Source of the DNA: Erysipelothrix larvae
GTDB lineage: Bacteria > Bacillota_I > Bacilli_A > Erysipelotrichales > Erysipelotrichaceae
Length of the DNA stretch: 32,000 nucleotides
Assembly (NCBI RefSeq): GCF_001545095.1
Contig: NZ_CP013213.1
Location: forward strand, 60,001 to 92,000
Reading direction: 5' to 3'
This document shows, in pieces, positions 7,321 to 15,132 of the stretch. The position numbers and the translations under genes are program-made. Below the pieces are notes generated by a model. It saw nothing but the letters and a program-made list of their open reading frames with translations, was not told the DNA's origin and made no database searches. Numbering within the stretch: position 1 is the stretch's first letter; each line of letters starts with the position of its first letter.

Positions 7321-8322
7321 ATGCGCATCTTGTTATATACAAAAAATGAATCTGTCTATAGTAAGTCTGGAATTGGTCGTGCTATGAAACATCAAGTAAG
7401 AGCATTAAGTGCTGCAGGCGTTGATTTCACACAGAATCAACATGACGACTATGATATCGTACATATTAACACAGTCGATCCAAGTTCACTTACAATGATA
7501 CAAAGTGCAAAGAGAAACCATAAAAAAGTTGTAATTCATGCACATTCAACAGAAGAGGATTTCAAAAACTCATTTATATTTTCAAACCAAATCGCCCCAC
7601 TGTTTAAAATGCATTTGGTACATACCTATAAAAAGGGAGATATGATTCTTACCCCCACGCCATATTCAAAGGGACTGATCGAATCATACGGTATTACAAA
7701 ACCAATCGTTGCTGTATCAAATGGAATTGATCTTGACGCATATAAAAAAGATGAAGTGAAGATTCAAGCTTTTAGAAAATACTTTAACCTTTCTGAAACG
7801 GATAAAGTTGTTATGTCTGTTGGCTTGTACTTTGAGCGTAAAGGGATTCATGATTTCATCGAAATCGCCCGCCATTTTCCTCACGTTAAATTTATATGGT
7901 TTGGTTACACCTCGCCTTCTGCAACAACATCAAAAGTAAAACGTGCCATTAAAGAAAAACCGGACAACGTAATCTTACCGGGATATATTGCAGGGGATAT
8001 TATTAAGGGTGCTTATCAATCAGCAGATCTCTTTTTCTTCCCTTCTTATGAAGAAACAGAAGGTATTGTGGTACTTGAAGCACTGGCATCGAAAATCCAA
8101 GTACTTGTAAGAGATATTGGAGTGTATGAAGGATGGCTTGAAAATAATAAAAACTGCTATATGGAAACTAAAAATGAAATGTTTATCTTGAAGATTCGCG
8201 AGCTGTTGAATCATGATTGCAAAGATACAATTAAGGCGGGATATGAAGTTGCGAAATCTCGAAGTATTGAAGAAATTGGACAACAACTTAAAGAAATTTA
8301 TGAAAGGGTGATGGGATTATGA
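7321..8322 (+). CDS. Glycosyltransferase family 4 (possible glycolipid/diacylglycerol glycosyltransferase)
   Basis: GT-B/GT4 hallmarks including the EX7E motif (FPSYEETEGIVVLEALAS). The ATG at 7321 (MRILLYTKNE) has AAGGAGG 6 nt upstream, whereas the track start at 7300 overlaps the SD. Confidence 0.8.
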   Translation: MRILLYTKNESVYSKSGIGRAMKHQVRALSAAGVDFTQNQHDDYDIVHINTVDPSSLTMIQSAKRNHKKVVIHAHSTEEDFKNSFIFSNQIAPLFKMHLVHTYKKGDMILTPTPYSKGLIESYGITKPIVAVSNGIDLDAYKKDEVKIQAFRKYFNLSETDKVVMSVGLYFERKGIHDFIEIARHFPHVKFIWFGYTSPSATTSKVKRAIKEKPDNVILPGYIAGDIIKGAYQSADLFFFPSYEETEGIVVLEALASKIQVLVRDIGVYEGWLENNKNCYMETKNEMFILKIRELLNHDCKDTIKAGYEVAKSRSIEEIGQQLKEIYERVMGL

Positions 8323-8717
8323 GTAAAACAATCAATGTTTATGAAAAAGAAGCAGATTTAAGCCACATTATTTTAGGTGTCGAAAACGATCCAAAACGTG
8401 CTCAATTTAATGAAATTGTGAAAATACTTCAAAACAATGGGTACGCTGTAAATCGTTTCGATCCTGTACACAATAAAGAAGCAATGAAGGATCATGTGAA
8501 CCTTCCTTCGATTTATCTGCACGATACCTTAATCTTCCAAGGTGAATATCCAACATGTGATGAAGTTGCAGGCGTGCTTGGATTGGACAATGCATTGTTT
8601 AGTGGAATTCAACGTACGAACCTACTCAATGAAGCAAATACAACACGTTTAGGGTCATGTTGTGGGGTTGGTCAAGACGTATATTTTGATCCAGACGAGG
8701 ATGAACTCTGGAAATGA
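8319..8717 (+). CDS. ArsD-family (thioredoxin-fold) protein lacking the metalloid-binding cysteines
   Basis: Ungapped resemblance of residues 3-49 to R773 ArsD (recalled): KT.xV[FY]...S....G..xD....F...V..L...G....RF. This is followed by LP...L.D....G.YP...E.A...G and a C-terminal SCCG. ArsD Cys12/13/18 positions are D/L/L here. ATGA overlaps with both neighbours. Confidence 0.6.
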   Translation: MSKTINVYEKEADLSHIILGVENDPKRAQFNEIVKILQNNGYAVNRFDPVHNKEAMKDHVNLPSIYLHDTLIFQGEYPTCDEVAGVLGLDNALFSGIQRTNLLNEANTTRLGSCCGVGQDVYFDPDEDELWK

Positions 8718-9295
8718 AAAAGTTCTTACTTATTCTATGCATTCTACTTGTAGGATGTACACAACAAGGGGACGACCCCGAGCCAGTAGAACCACCCGAA
8801 AATAAGTTTGCGACAAGAACCTTCCACGCCGATGGCGTTTGGTATGACTTGCCCCTTGATTTTAAGGTGCTCGTTGAAGCAGGATGGTTCCCGGATGTCA
8901 TTGAGTCAGTTGAGGAAGAACTTGCACAAACAATTGAGCCGAAAACCTATGTTCAAAAGTATTACATTCGAAATGACCGTTATATGATGGCAGTAACCTT
9001 ATATAATCCAACCGACGAAGTGATAACAATTGCAGACGCGAAAGTTGGAGAAGTAGAAGGTGAGAACCGAAAGTGGCTCAAGGATGATATTCTTGACTTC
9101 CAAGTTGACAAAAGTGTTACATTTGAGAGCACAAAAGATGATATTAAAGGATTGTGGGGAGAACCGACAAGCTCTAAAGTTGAAGGGCTTTATGAAGTAT
9201 GGACGTATGAACATACTAATGTTACATCAACAACCATCTATTGGTCAGTTGAAACAGATACAATCTTTAGACTCAGAGTATCAAATATGAAATAA
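8714..9295 (+). CDS. Lipoprotein of unknown function
   Basis: Signal peptide with lipobox MKKFLLILCILLVG|C, acidic proline-rich linker, then a soluble domain. ATGA overlap with the upstream gene. Confidence 0.7.
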   Translation: MKKFLLILCILLVGCTQQGDDPEPVEPPENKFATRTFHADGVWYDLPLDFKVLVEAGWFPDVIESVEEELAQTIEPKTYVQKYYIRNDRYMMAVTLYNPTDEVITIADAKVGEVEGENRKWLKDDILDFQVDKSVTFESTKDDIKGLWGEPTSSKVEGLYEVWTYEHTNVTSTTIYWSVETDTIFRLRVSNMK

Positions 9296-9298
9296 AGA

Positions 9299-9347
9299 GA
9301 CACCATAACGATTGGATTAAGTATCCCAGTCATTATGGTGTTTTATT
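9299..9347 (+). terminator. Rho-independent terminator of GT4/ArsD-like/lipoprotein operon
   Basis: ACACCATAA (9300-9308) pairs with TTATGGTGT (9333-9341); partially paired interior; followed by a TTTTATT tract. Confidence 0.65.
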
Positions 9348-9352
9348 CGATG

Positions 9353-9397
9353 ATAAAAACCATCTCGTGACATAAATTACAGAGATGGCTTTATTTA
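9353..9397 (-). terminator. Rho-independent terminator of the GNAT gene
   Basis: Minus strand CCATCTC-15 nt loop-GAGATGG followed by TTTTTATC; located ~20 nt after the GNAT stop. Confidence 0.55.
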
Positions 9398-9417
9398 ATG
9401 ATTTTCTAAAATGGGGC

Positions 9418-10875
9418 TTATAGGTCAAGCATGTATTCTTGACATGGATTTTCTATACCCCATAATGTTTCAAGAAGTTGAGTTTTTTTGAAACCAAGCG
9501 CTTCATAAAACAGACGTGTCCTTTGATAGTACTTATCCGGGTGTGTTTGTGCTAATGTCTTCACGAGTAAGTAATGATATCCGTGCTCACGTCCATACAT
9601 AATGGCACGATTGATTAAATCAGTTCCATATCCATGATGGTGAATTGCAGGGTCAAGCGCCATGACATTAATTTCAAGCGTCGTTTCTGAAACATGCTTT
9701 AGGCTAATAAATCCATCGCTATTTGGGGTTGAGAAAACCACATCGCTTACCACATCATTTACGTATTCAATGATACTGGATTCAATTCCAAAGTGGTGTG
9801 GATTTTTTCGAAGAAGTGTATCACAAAGCACCTGTTTTTGGGATGAATCATAAACCCGCGAAGCGTTTGAAGCCTTATTAAATGCGTTCCACTCGTCTTT
9901 TGTCATACCATAACGCACACTGTCATAATAAGTACCTTCATAGTATCGAACGTTTCGTAAGACGCCCTCTTTTTTAAAGGATGCTTTATCTCCAGTACGT
10001 TGCATACCCAAGTTACCCGACCATGTCACAAAACCAACACGTTGAATTTCTTCCAAAGAAGTAAACAGCTCATGCGCTTTTTGTTTAAGGCAATAAGTTC
10101 CGATTCCTTTGCCCCAATAACGATGATTGTACAGGACGAGCCCAATTTCTAACCAGCGTGTTTGTTTGTGTTCCCAGTAAAAGTTTATCATACCGATTAA
10201 TGTTTGATTGAAGTAAATCCCTTGTATCTCACGATCGTTGTTTTCTTCTAAGAAATCACTAAATGAGAGAGGGGTGTATTCATAGAAATAAGGTGCGTTG
10301 GTATCGCAGTAAGGATACCAGGACGCTTTCTGAGAGATTTCCCATAACCGTGGATAATCATCGAGTGGGATGCGTTTTAGGGATACGAAATCCTCAACAT
10401 ATCGTTTTGAAGGTTTGAATGCTTGGAGTGTAACATGCATATCACGCTCACTCCCTTCAACCTTATAAAAACCAAGGCGTTCGTATAGGGTTATTGCGGC
10501 TTGATTATCAGGGTGTGGATCAACTTTCGCAAAAGCAACAGTGTGTTCAAATAATACACATGAAAGCGTGTGAGAAAGCGCATAGGATGCAATTGATTTC
10601 CCACGTGCGTGTGGTAAAAGCTTAATGTCTACTTCGCAAGACCCGTCATTAAGCAAACGATAGAAGGTTTCACCACAATATGTCTGATTCGTATAGATTG
10701 AAAAGTGTTTTTCAGATTTTGACTGACTCAGCCGTTCAAACCAATGCTCAATTTCTTGCTTTGATATGTTCAGACCTTCAGGAAATCCCACATAAAGCAT
10801 AACCTCAGGACAATTCCAAAGGGTCATTATATTGTTTAAGTCGTGTTTTGTTGTTTCTTTTATTATGATTGTCAT
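9418..10875 (-). CDS. Triple-domain GNAT family N-acetyltransferase fusion
   Basis: Three successive acetyl-CoA-binding GNAT cores: ...HARGKSIASYALSH...LYERLGF (aa ~1-160), ...YWGKGIGTYCLKQ...ASFKKEGVLR (RimJ/RimL-like, ~165-335), and ...HHHGYGTDLINRA...FYEALGFKK (~340-485). RBS AAGAGG 5 nt upstream. Confidence 0.8.
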   Translation of the reverse strand: MTIIIKETTKHDLNNIMTLWNCPEVMLYVGFPEGLNISKQEIEHWFERLSQSKSEKHFSIYTNQTYCGETFYRLLNDGSCEVDIKLLPHARGKSIASYALSHTLSCVLFEHTVAFAKVDPHPDNQAAITLYERLGFYKVEGSERDMHVTLQAFKPSKRYVEDFVSLKRIPLDDYPRLWEISQKASWYPYCDTNAPYFYEYTPLSFSDFLEENNDREIQGIYFNQTLIGMINFYWEHKQTRWLEIGLVLYNHRYWGKGIGTYCLKQKAHELFTSLEEIQRVGFVTWSGNLGMQRTGDKASFKKEGVLRNVRYYEGTYYDSVRYGMTKDEWNAFNKASNASRVYDSSQKQVLCDTLLRKNPHHFGIESSIIEYVNDVVSDVVFSTPNSDGFISLKHVSETTLEINVMALDPAIHHHGYGTDLINRAIMYGREHGYHYLLVKTLAQTHPDKYYQRTRLFYEALGFKKTQLLETLWGIENPCQEYMLDL

Positions 10876-10914
10876 AATGCCTCTTTTCTAAAATGTGCAA
10901 CACAAAAATGTCTA

Positions 10915-10923
10915 ATTATACCA
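10915..10923 (-). promoter_or_regulatory. Extended -10 promoter element (TGGTATAAT) proximal to GNAT gene
   Basis: Minus strand TGGTATAAT, ~40 nt upstream of the GNAT ATG. No good -35. Confidence 0.4.
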
Positions 10924-10931
10924 TTGCGTAG

Positions 10932-11034
10932 CACCTTAAAGTTTTTAGCGAGACTTTAAGGTGATGTTTGATACTGATTTCATGAACATCACCTCCGATA
11001 AAACAAGTATATGCCACCCGAAATTTGATGTAAA
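10932..11034 (-). promoter_or_regulatory. Distal promoter plus structured leader (two overlapping hairpins) upstream of GNAT gene
   Basis: Minus strand TTTACA (11034-11029), 17 nt, TATACT (11011-11006). Hairpin A is GGTGATGTT/AACATCACC (10994-10986 / 10968-10960). Hairpin B is CACCTTAAAGT/ACTTTAAGGTG (10963-10953 / 10942-10932). They share CACC, so they are partly mutually exclusive. Confidence 0.45.
10945..10983 (-). CDS. 12-codon leader mini-ORF (MKSVSNITLKSR)
   Basis: ATG preceded by GGAGGTGAT with 8-nt spacing. The SD lies in the 5' arm of hairpin A, the start codon in its loop, and the stop codon in the loop of hairpin B. Translation is unproven. Confidence 0.3.
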   Translation of the reverse strand: MKSVSNITLKSR

Positions 11035-11095
11035 GGTTTTGTATTGAATAAATAAACAAAATATTCTTCATATGTACACAAAAATATAACTTTGA

Positions 11096-11124
11096 TTGAC
11101 AAACCAACTCAAAATCACTAAAAT
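11096..11124 (+). promoter_or_regulatory. Sigma-A type promoter of azlCD
   Basis: TTGACA (11096-11101), 17-nt spacer, TAAAAT (11119-11124). RBS AAGGGGG follows ~10 nt later. Confidence 0.6.
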
Positions 11125-11146
11125 TTGTAGAAATAAGGGGGTACTT

Positions 11147-11797
11147 ATGAAACGTTCAATAAAAGAAGGATTTATTGCATCGATTCCTGTTATGGCAGGA
11201 TATTTAGTGTTAGGAGCAGCCTTTGGCGCTTATGTTTATCAATACAAACTCCCGCTTTACGCAGCAATCTTAATGAGTGTGATTATTTATGCTGGGTCAA
11301 TGCAATTTGCGGCAGTACCGTTATTGGTTCAACCGTTTGCACCAATTCAAACATTGTTGCTGACGTTATCAATTAATGCACGCCATCTTTTTTATGGGAT
11401 ATCGATGAATCAACAGTTTAAAACAGCAGGGAAGAAAAAGCATTACATGATTTTTGCTTTGACAGATGAGTCGTACTCTGTGATAATCGATCAAAAGGAC
11501 AACAACATCATATTTTGGACGATGTTATTGAATCAAGTGTATTGGGTGTGTGGAACACTTGTGGGTTATCTCTTGATTCAATTTATTCCAATCAATACCA
11601 ACGGTATTGAGTTTTCAATGACTGCATTATTTGCGGTTATCTTTATCGAAAAGTGTCTGGATAAAAAACCAATTCCAATTGTTATTGGACTTGTTGCATC
11701 CATTGGGTGTCTCATTGTATTTGGTGCCAATTCGTTTATTATACCAAGTATGATCCTAATTATGGGGTTATTGTTGTGGGGAGGGAATAAAAAATGA
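11147..11797 (+). CDS. azlC: AzlC family branched-chain amino acid exporter subunit
   Basis: MKRSIKEGFIASIPVMAGYLVLGAAFG...GSMQFAA...NARHLFYG..LTDESY are typical AzlC motifs. The ATG at 11147 has a good SD, whereas the track start at 11096 lies inside the promoter. Confidence 0.85.
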   Translation: MKRSIKEGFIASIPVMAGYLVLGAAFGAYVYQYKLPLYAAILMSVIIYAGSMQFAAVPLLVQPFAPIQTLLLTLSINARHLFYGISMNQQFKTAGKKKHYMIFALTDESYSVIIDQKDNNIIFWTMLLNQVYWVCGTLVGYLLIQFIPINTNGIEFSMTALFAVIFIEKCLDKKPIPIVIGLVASIGCLIVFGANSFIIPSMILIMGLLLWGGNKK

Positions 11798-12090
11798 TTC
11801 TAAAATCAATTCTATTAATTGCGCTTGGGACTTATTTAACCCGCGCCCTCCCATTTATATTCTTAAGAAATAAACCAATGTCAGAGCGGCTTGAATCAAT
11901 CATTGAAAAACTTCCCTACGCAACAATTAGTTTATTGCTTGTGTATAGCTTAAAAGATATTACGACAACAACGCTTTTCCCTTCAAGTGTCGCTTTAGCA
12001 GTACTTTTGGTGGTTCATCTTAAGAAAAGAAATTCAATCGTAAGTATCTTAACTTCGACAGTTGTCTACATGATCTTGGTACAAATATAA
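11794..12090 (+). CDS. azlD: AzlD family branched-chain amino acid transport protein
   Basis: 98-aa, 3-4 TM protein. ATGA overlap with azlC. GTYLTRALPF is an AzlD-like motif. Confidence 0.8.
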   Translation: MILKSILLIALGTYLTRALPFIFLRNKPMSERLESIIEKLPYATISLLLVYSLKDITTTTLFPSSVALAVLLVVHLKKRNSIVSILTSTVVYMILVQI

Positions 12091-12153
12091 AGATTGGATA
12101 TTCGCACATCAAAGAAAATTATGATAGAATAACCGTATAGATGGAGAATTGTT

Positions 12154-12729
12154 ATGTGGTTTAAAGGAAATAGTATTGTTGAGTTTGTACCGGATTTCAC
12201 GGTGATTGATTTAGAAACAACAGGACGGGGTATGCAATATACCCAAATTACTGAGATTAGTGCGATTAAGTACCGTAATTATGAACCTGTTGCTTCCTTT
12301 TCGACACTAATTCGTGCAAAATTTCCAATTCTTCCTTTTGTCGAGCAGTTAACAGGGATATCCGATACAATGATTGCAGGTTCTCCGCAAATTGAAGAAG
12401 TTATCCAATCATTTGTCGACTTCATTGATGAAGACTTAATCGTGGGTCATAATGTTAATTTTGATCTAGGGTTGGTATCAGATGCGTATTATCATGTCAC
12501 AAAACAATCAATCTATAACAATTATTTAGATACACTAAGGATATCACGGATCTTAAATACAGATTCGTTGAACCATAAATTAGAAACACTGTGCCAATAT
12601 TTTGGGATACAGCGTGATGTTGGGCACCGTGGATTAGCAGACTGTGAACAGACAGGCCAACTTTATGTATCAATGAAAGAAAAAGCACTCAATAATAATG
12701 AACGAGGTGAACGTTATGAATGTATATGA
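12154..12729 (+). CDS. DEDDh 3'-5' exonuclease (DnaQ/epsilon-like domain protein)
   Basis: ExoI VIDLETTG, ExoII VGHNVNFDLGL, ExoIII HRGLADCEQT. Confidence 0.85.
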   Translation: MWFKGNSIVEFVPDFTVIDLETTGRGMQYTQITEISAIKYRNYEPVASFSTLIRAKFPILPFVEQLTGISDTMIAGSPQIEEVIQSFVDFIDEDLIVGHNVNFDLGLVSDAYYHVTKQSIYNNYLDTLRISRILNTDSLNHKLETLCQYFGIQRDVGHRGLADCEQTGQLYVSMKEKALNNNERGERYECI

Positions 12730-13267
12730 TTTTGATGAAACAATTTATCACGGGGATAGTTCAGTAGACTTTTACAAATTCAATTTAAAGAAAAATCCAG
12801 GACTTGCGAAATATTGGGGGGCACAGATTAAAGCAGGTGCCGATTTCAAGCGTGGTAAAATATCTAAAACAGCAATGAAGACAATTTTTTATCGGTATTT
12901 TAATTCATTAGAAAATCACGAAGCTTTGATTCTTGAATTTTGGGATGCACACCGTCACAATATCAAAGATTGGTATCTTGAACAACGATCAGATGATGAT
13001 GTTATTGTAAGTGCTTCTCCAGAGTTTTTGCTTGCGCCAATTTGTAAAGAACTCAACATACATTTGATTGGATCTATTGTTAATCCTTATACAGGAGAAC
13101 ACCTAAAAGAGAACTGCTATGGAGATGAGAAAGTGAAACGCTTCAGTGAACATTTTAATCTAGAAGACATGGATCAATTCTATTCAGACTCATATTCAGA
13201 TGATCCTTTAGCACAATATGCAAAGGAAGCATTTCTAGTAAAAGACGACGAGATAAAGCCTTGGTAA
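12716..13267 (+). CDS. HAD-IB-like haloacid dehalogenase superfamily hydrolase
   Basis: MNVYDFDETIYHGDS (DxDxT motif I), SASPE (motif II), DSYSDDP (motif IV). The ATG at 12716 has GAGGTG upstream. Overlaps the exonuclease gene by 14 nt. Confidence 0.7.
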   Translation: MNVYDFDETIYHGDSSVDFYKFNLKKNPGLAKYWGAQIKAGADFKRGKISKTAMKTIFYRYFNSLENHEALILEFWDAHRHNIKDWYLEQRSDDDVIVSASPEFLLAPICKELNIHLIGSIVNPYTGEHLKENCYGDEKVKRFSEHFNLEDMDQFYSDSYSDDPLAQYAKEAFLVKDDEIKPW

Positions 13268-13282
13268 CCTCCAAGGTTTTTT
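13254..13282 (+). terminator. Rho-independent terminator
   Basis: CCTTGG-TAACCT-CCAAGG followed by TTTTTT. The stem is extendable by A-U pairs. It spans the HAD stop codon. Confidence 0.6.
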
Positions 13283-13359
13283 CATCATAAAATATAGAAC
13301 AATTTTGTATTGTAGTATGAACGTTGCTATGATATAGTTTCTAAAGAATTGAGGTAAGT

Positions 13360-14001
13360 ATGGATTTTTGCTTTGACTGTGCAGCACCAGATTATCAAAT
13401 AACCACAGGAATACTGATTTACATTGGTCTTTATATTCTATTGTGGTTGTTTAAGGTAAGACATCTTGATATTAAGCATCGATTTTATGTTGCGATGCTC
13501 TTTTGCTTTACAGCTGTTGCACTTGATTTAACACTGTTTCCTCTATCCAAATATTCTATGGGTGAAAATACCTTTGCACCAAATCTTGAATTCTTTCGCT
13601 TCATAACAGAAATATTAACCTATCGTTCTTGGCAAGTGCTTAAGTTAACAGTGTTTAATGTCTTGCTATTTATACCGATTGGATACTACGGGAAAAAGGT
13701 ATTTAAGACCTTAAATAACTTCAAGTTGATTCTGTTATTTCTCATGTTTAGTTTGTTTATTGAAACCACTCAGGCATTGTGTTCATGGCTAGGGTATAGT
13801 TATCGAATCTTCGACGTAGATGATTTAATGGTGAATGTATTGGGAGGAATTATAGGGTTAATTCTCGCATACATCCCTTTTAAAATCGTGAAACGATGGA
13901 TGGTTCCACCCTTTGTGATTAAATATCCAATCATTATTGATCTATTTGGTTTGGTTTTGATGATTGTCATGTGTTATCTTGGGAATCATATAATATATTA
14001 G
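13360..14001 (+). CDS. VanZ family membrane protein
   Basis: VanZ-like motifs NVLLFIPIGYY and ETTQ...R.FDVDDLMVNVLGGIIG. Possible promoter TTGTAT-17-TATGAT at 13305-13333. Confidence 0.8.
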   Translation: MDFCFDCAAPDYQITTGILIYIGLYILLWLFKVRHLDIKHRFYVAMLFCFTAVALDLTLFPLSKYSMGENTFAPNLEFFRFITEILTYRSWQVLKLTVFNVLLFIPIGYYGKKVFKTLNNFKLILLFLMFSLFIETTQALCSWLGYSYRIFDVDDLMVNVLGGIIGLILAYIPFKIVKRWMVPPFVIKYPIIIDLFGLVLMIVMCYLGNHIIY

Positions 14002-14009
14002 GAAAAAAG

Positions 14010-14060
14010 AAAAAGGACGCATAGTTACGATTGAGGTGATCGGATGTGTCCTTTTTGTTT
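14010..14060 (+). terminator. Hairpin/terminator after vanZ-like gene that encloses the comFA SD and start codon
   Basis: AAAAAGGACGCA (14010-14021) pairs with TGTGTCCTTTTT (14045-14056; one G-U). The loop contains GAGGTGAT, and the ATG at 14044 sits at the base of the 3' arm. Followed by a GTTTTG tract. Confidence 0.4.
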
Positions 14061-15132
14061 TGCAAGCGAACCCTATTATTTTCATCATGGTATTTGTAGG
14101 CGTTGTTTACCCTATCGTGGTGCTTCCCTTGAAGAAAAAGATCAACTGTGTGTTTTAACACAGGCAGATTTATCCATCGAACTAACCCAGGCACAAATTG
14201 AAAGTGCCCACCAGATAATTGACCATTGCTTTTCAACACATGTTTGTGTAGAAGCGGTATGTGGTGCGGGCAAGACTGAGATGTGTGTTCCATTGATTGA
14301 ACATTGTCTGAGTCGTGGACTTAAAATTGGGTGGGCAACACCACGAAAGCAAATTGTAATTGAGCTCAGTGAGAGACTTCAAACCTATTTTAAAGATTCG
14401 AAAATTGTTGCGGTTTATGGCTCGAACACTGAGATTGTTGAAGGGGATTTAGTTGTGTGTACGACACATCAAATCTTTCGGTATCATCACTACTTTGATG
14501 TTTTGATTTTAGATGAACCGGACGCTTTTCCATTTAAAGGAAATCAATTGCTTCAAGATTTATTAAGGGCGAGTTTGAAAGGATATTGTGTATTTCTAAG
14601 TGCTACTTTTGACAATCATCAGTTTATTAACTTTGGACCCATTCATAAAATCTATGTAAATCAAAGACCCTCAATGGAACCTTTGTCTGTTCCGATTGTA
14701 ACAATGAGCCTGTGGCGTATGATCTTGGAGTTGTGGTTCTTAAGAAGTGAAAAAGTGCTCTTATTTGTTCCTACAATCCAAACAGCCACATTGTTCTCAA
14801 AGATCTTACAATGCCGTTGTATCACATCTAAAAATGAACATGCTGCCCAAGAGATTGAACAGTTTAGACGTGAACAATCAGGAATTCTTGTCACAACAAC
14901 AGTATTAGAACGCGGGGTAACATTTAAGGATTGTTTTGTTGTGGTGTATGATGCAGGTCATGTAGTATTTGATGAAGCTTCATTAACACAAATTTCAGGA
15001 CGGGTACGGCGCGGGATGAATCCAAAGAAAGGACATTGTATGTTTTATGTCAAAGAGAGAAGCAAGGTGGTGGATGCATGCATCAATCGAATACAGAAAG
15101 CAAACGGTGCAGGATATGCTTCGCAAGGTTAA
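14044..15132 (+). CDS. comFA: Competence protein ComFA (DEAD-box-like DNA uptake ATPase/helicase)
   Basis: N-terminal 4-Cys zinc finger (CPFC...CRRC), Walker A AVCGAGKTEM, DEPD box (ILDEPDAF), SAT motif, motif VI QISGRVRR. Followed by comFC. Confidence 0.85.
   Translation: MCPFCFASEPYYFHHGICRRCLPYRGASLEEKDQLCVLTQADLSIELTQAQIESAHQIIDHCFSTHVCVEAVCGAGKTEMCVPLIEHCLSRGLKIGWATPRKQIVIELSERLQTYFKDSKIVAVYGSNTEIVEGDLVVCTTHQIFRYHHYFDVLILDEPDAFPFKGNQLLQDLLRASLKGYCVFLSATFDNHQFINFGPIHKIYVNQRPSMEPLSVPIVTMSLWRMILELWFLRSEKVLLFVPTIQTATLFSKILQCRCITSKNEHAAQEIEQFRREQSGILVTTTVLERGVTFKDCFVVVYDAGHVVFDEASLTQISGRVRRGMNPKKGHCMFYVKERSKVVDACINRIQKANGAGYASQG

Noticed and set aside
10916-11107. 63-aa minus-strand ORF in the GNAT/azlC intergenic region
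   Set aside because: It spans two promoters and both leader hairpins and has no SD. The region is better explained as regulatory DNA/RNA.
10925-11146. Possible T-box or riboswitch leader for azlCD on the plus strand
   Set aside because: A near-consensus TTGACA-17-TAAAAT promoter sits only ~45 nt before the azlC ATG, leaving no room for a leader. The hairpins lie upstream of that promoter and fit a minus-strand transcript better.
15036-15077. Upstream start for comFC given by the track
   Set aside because: No SD precedes it, whereas the ATG at 15078 has AAGGTGG at ideal spacing and yields the usual Cys-pair N-terminus.
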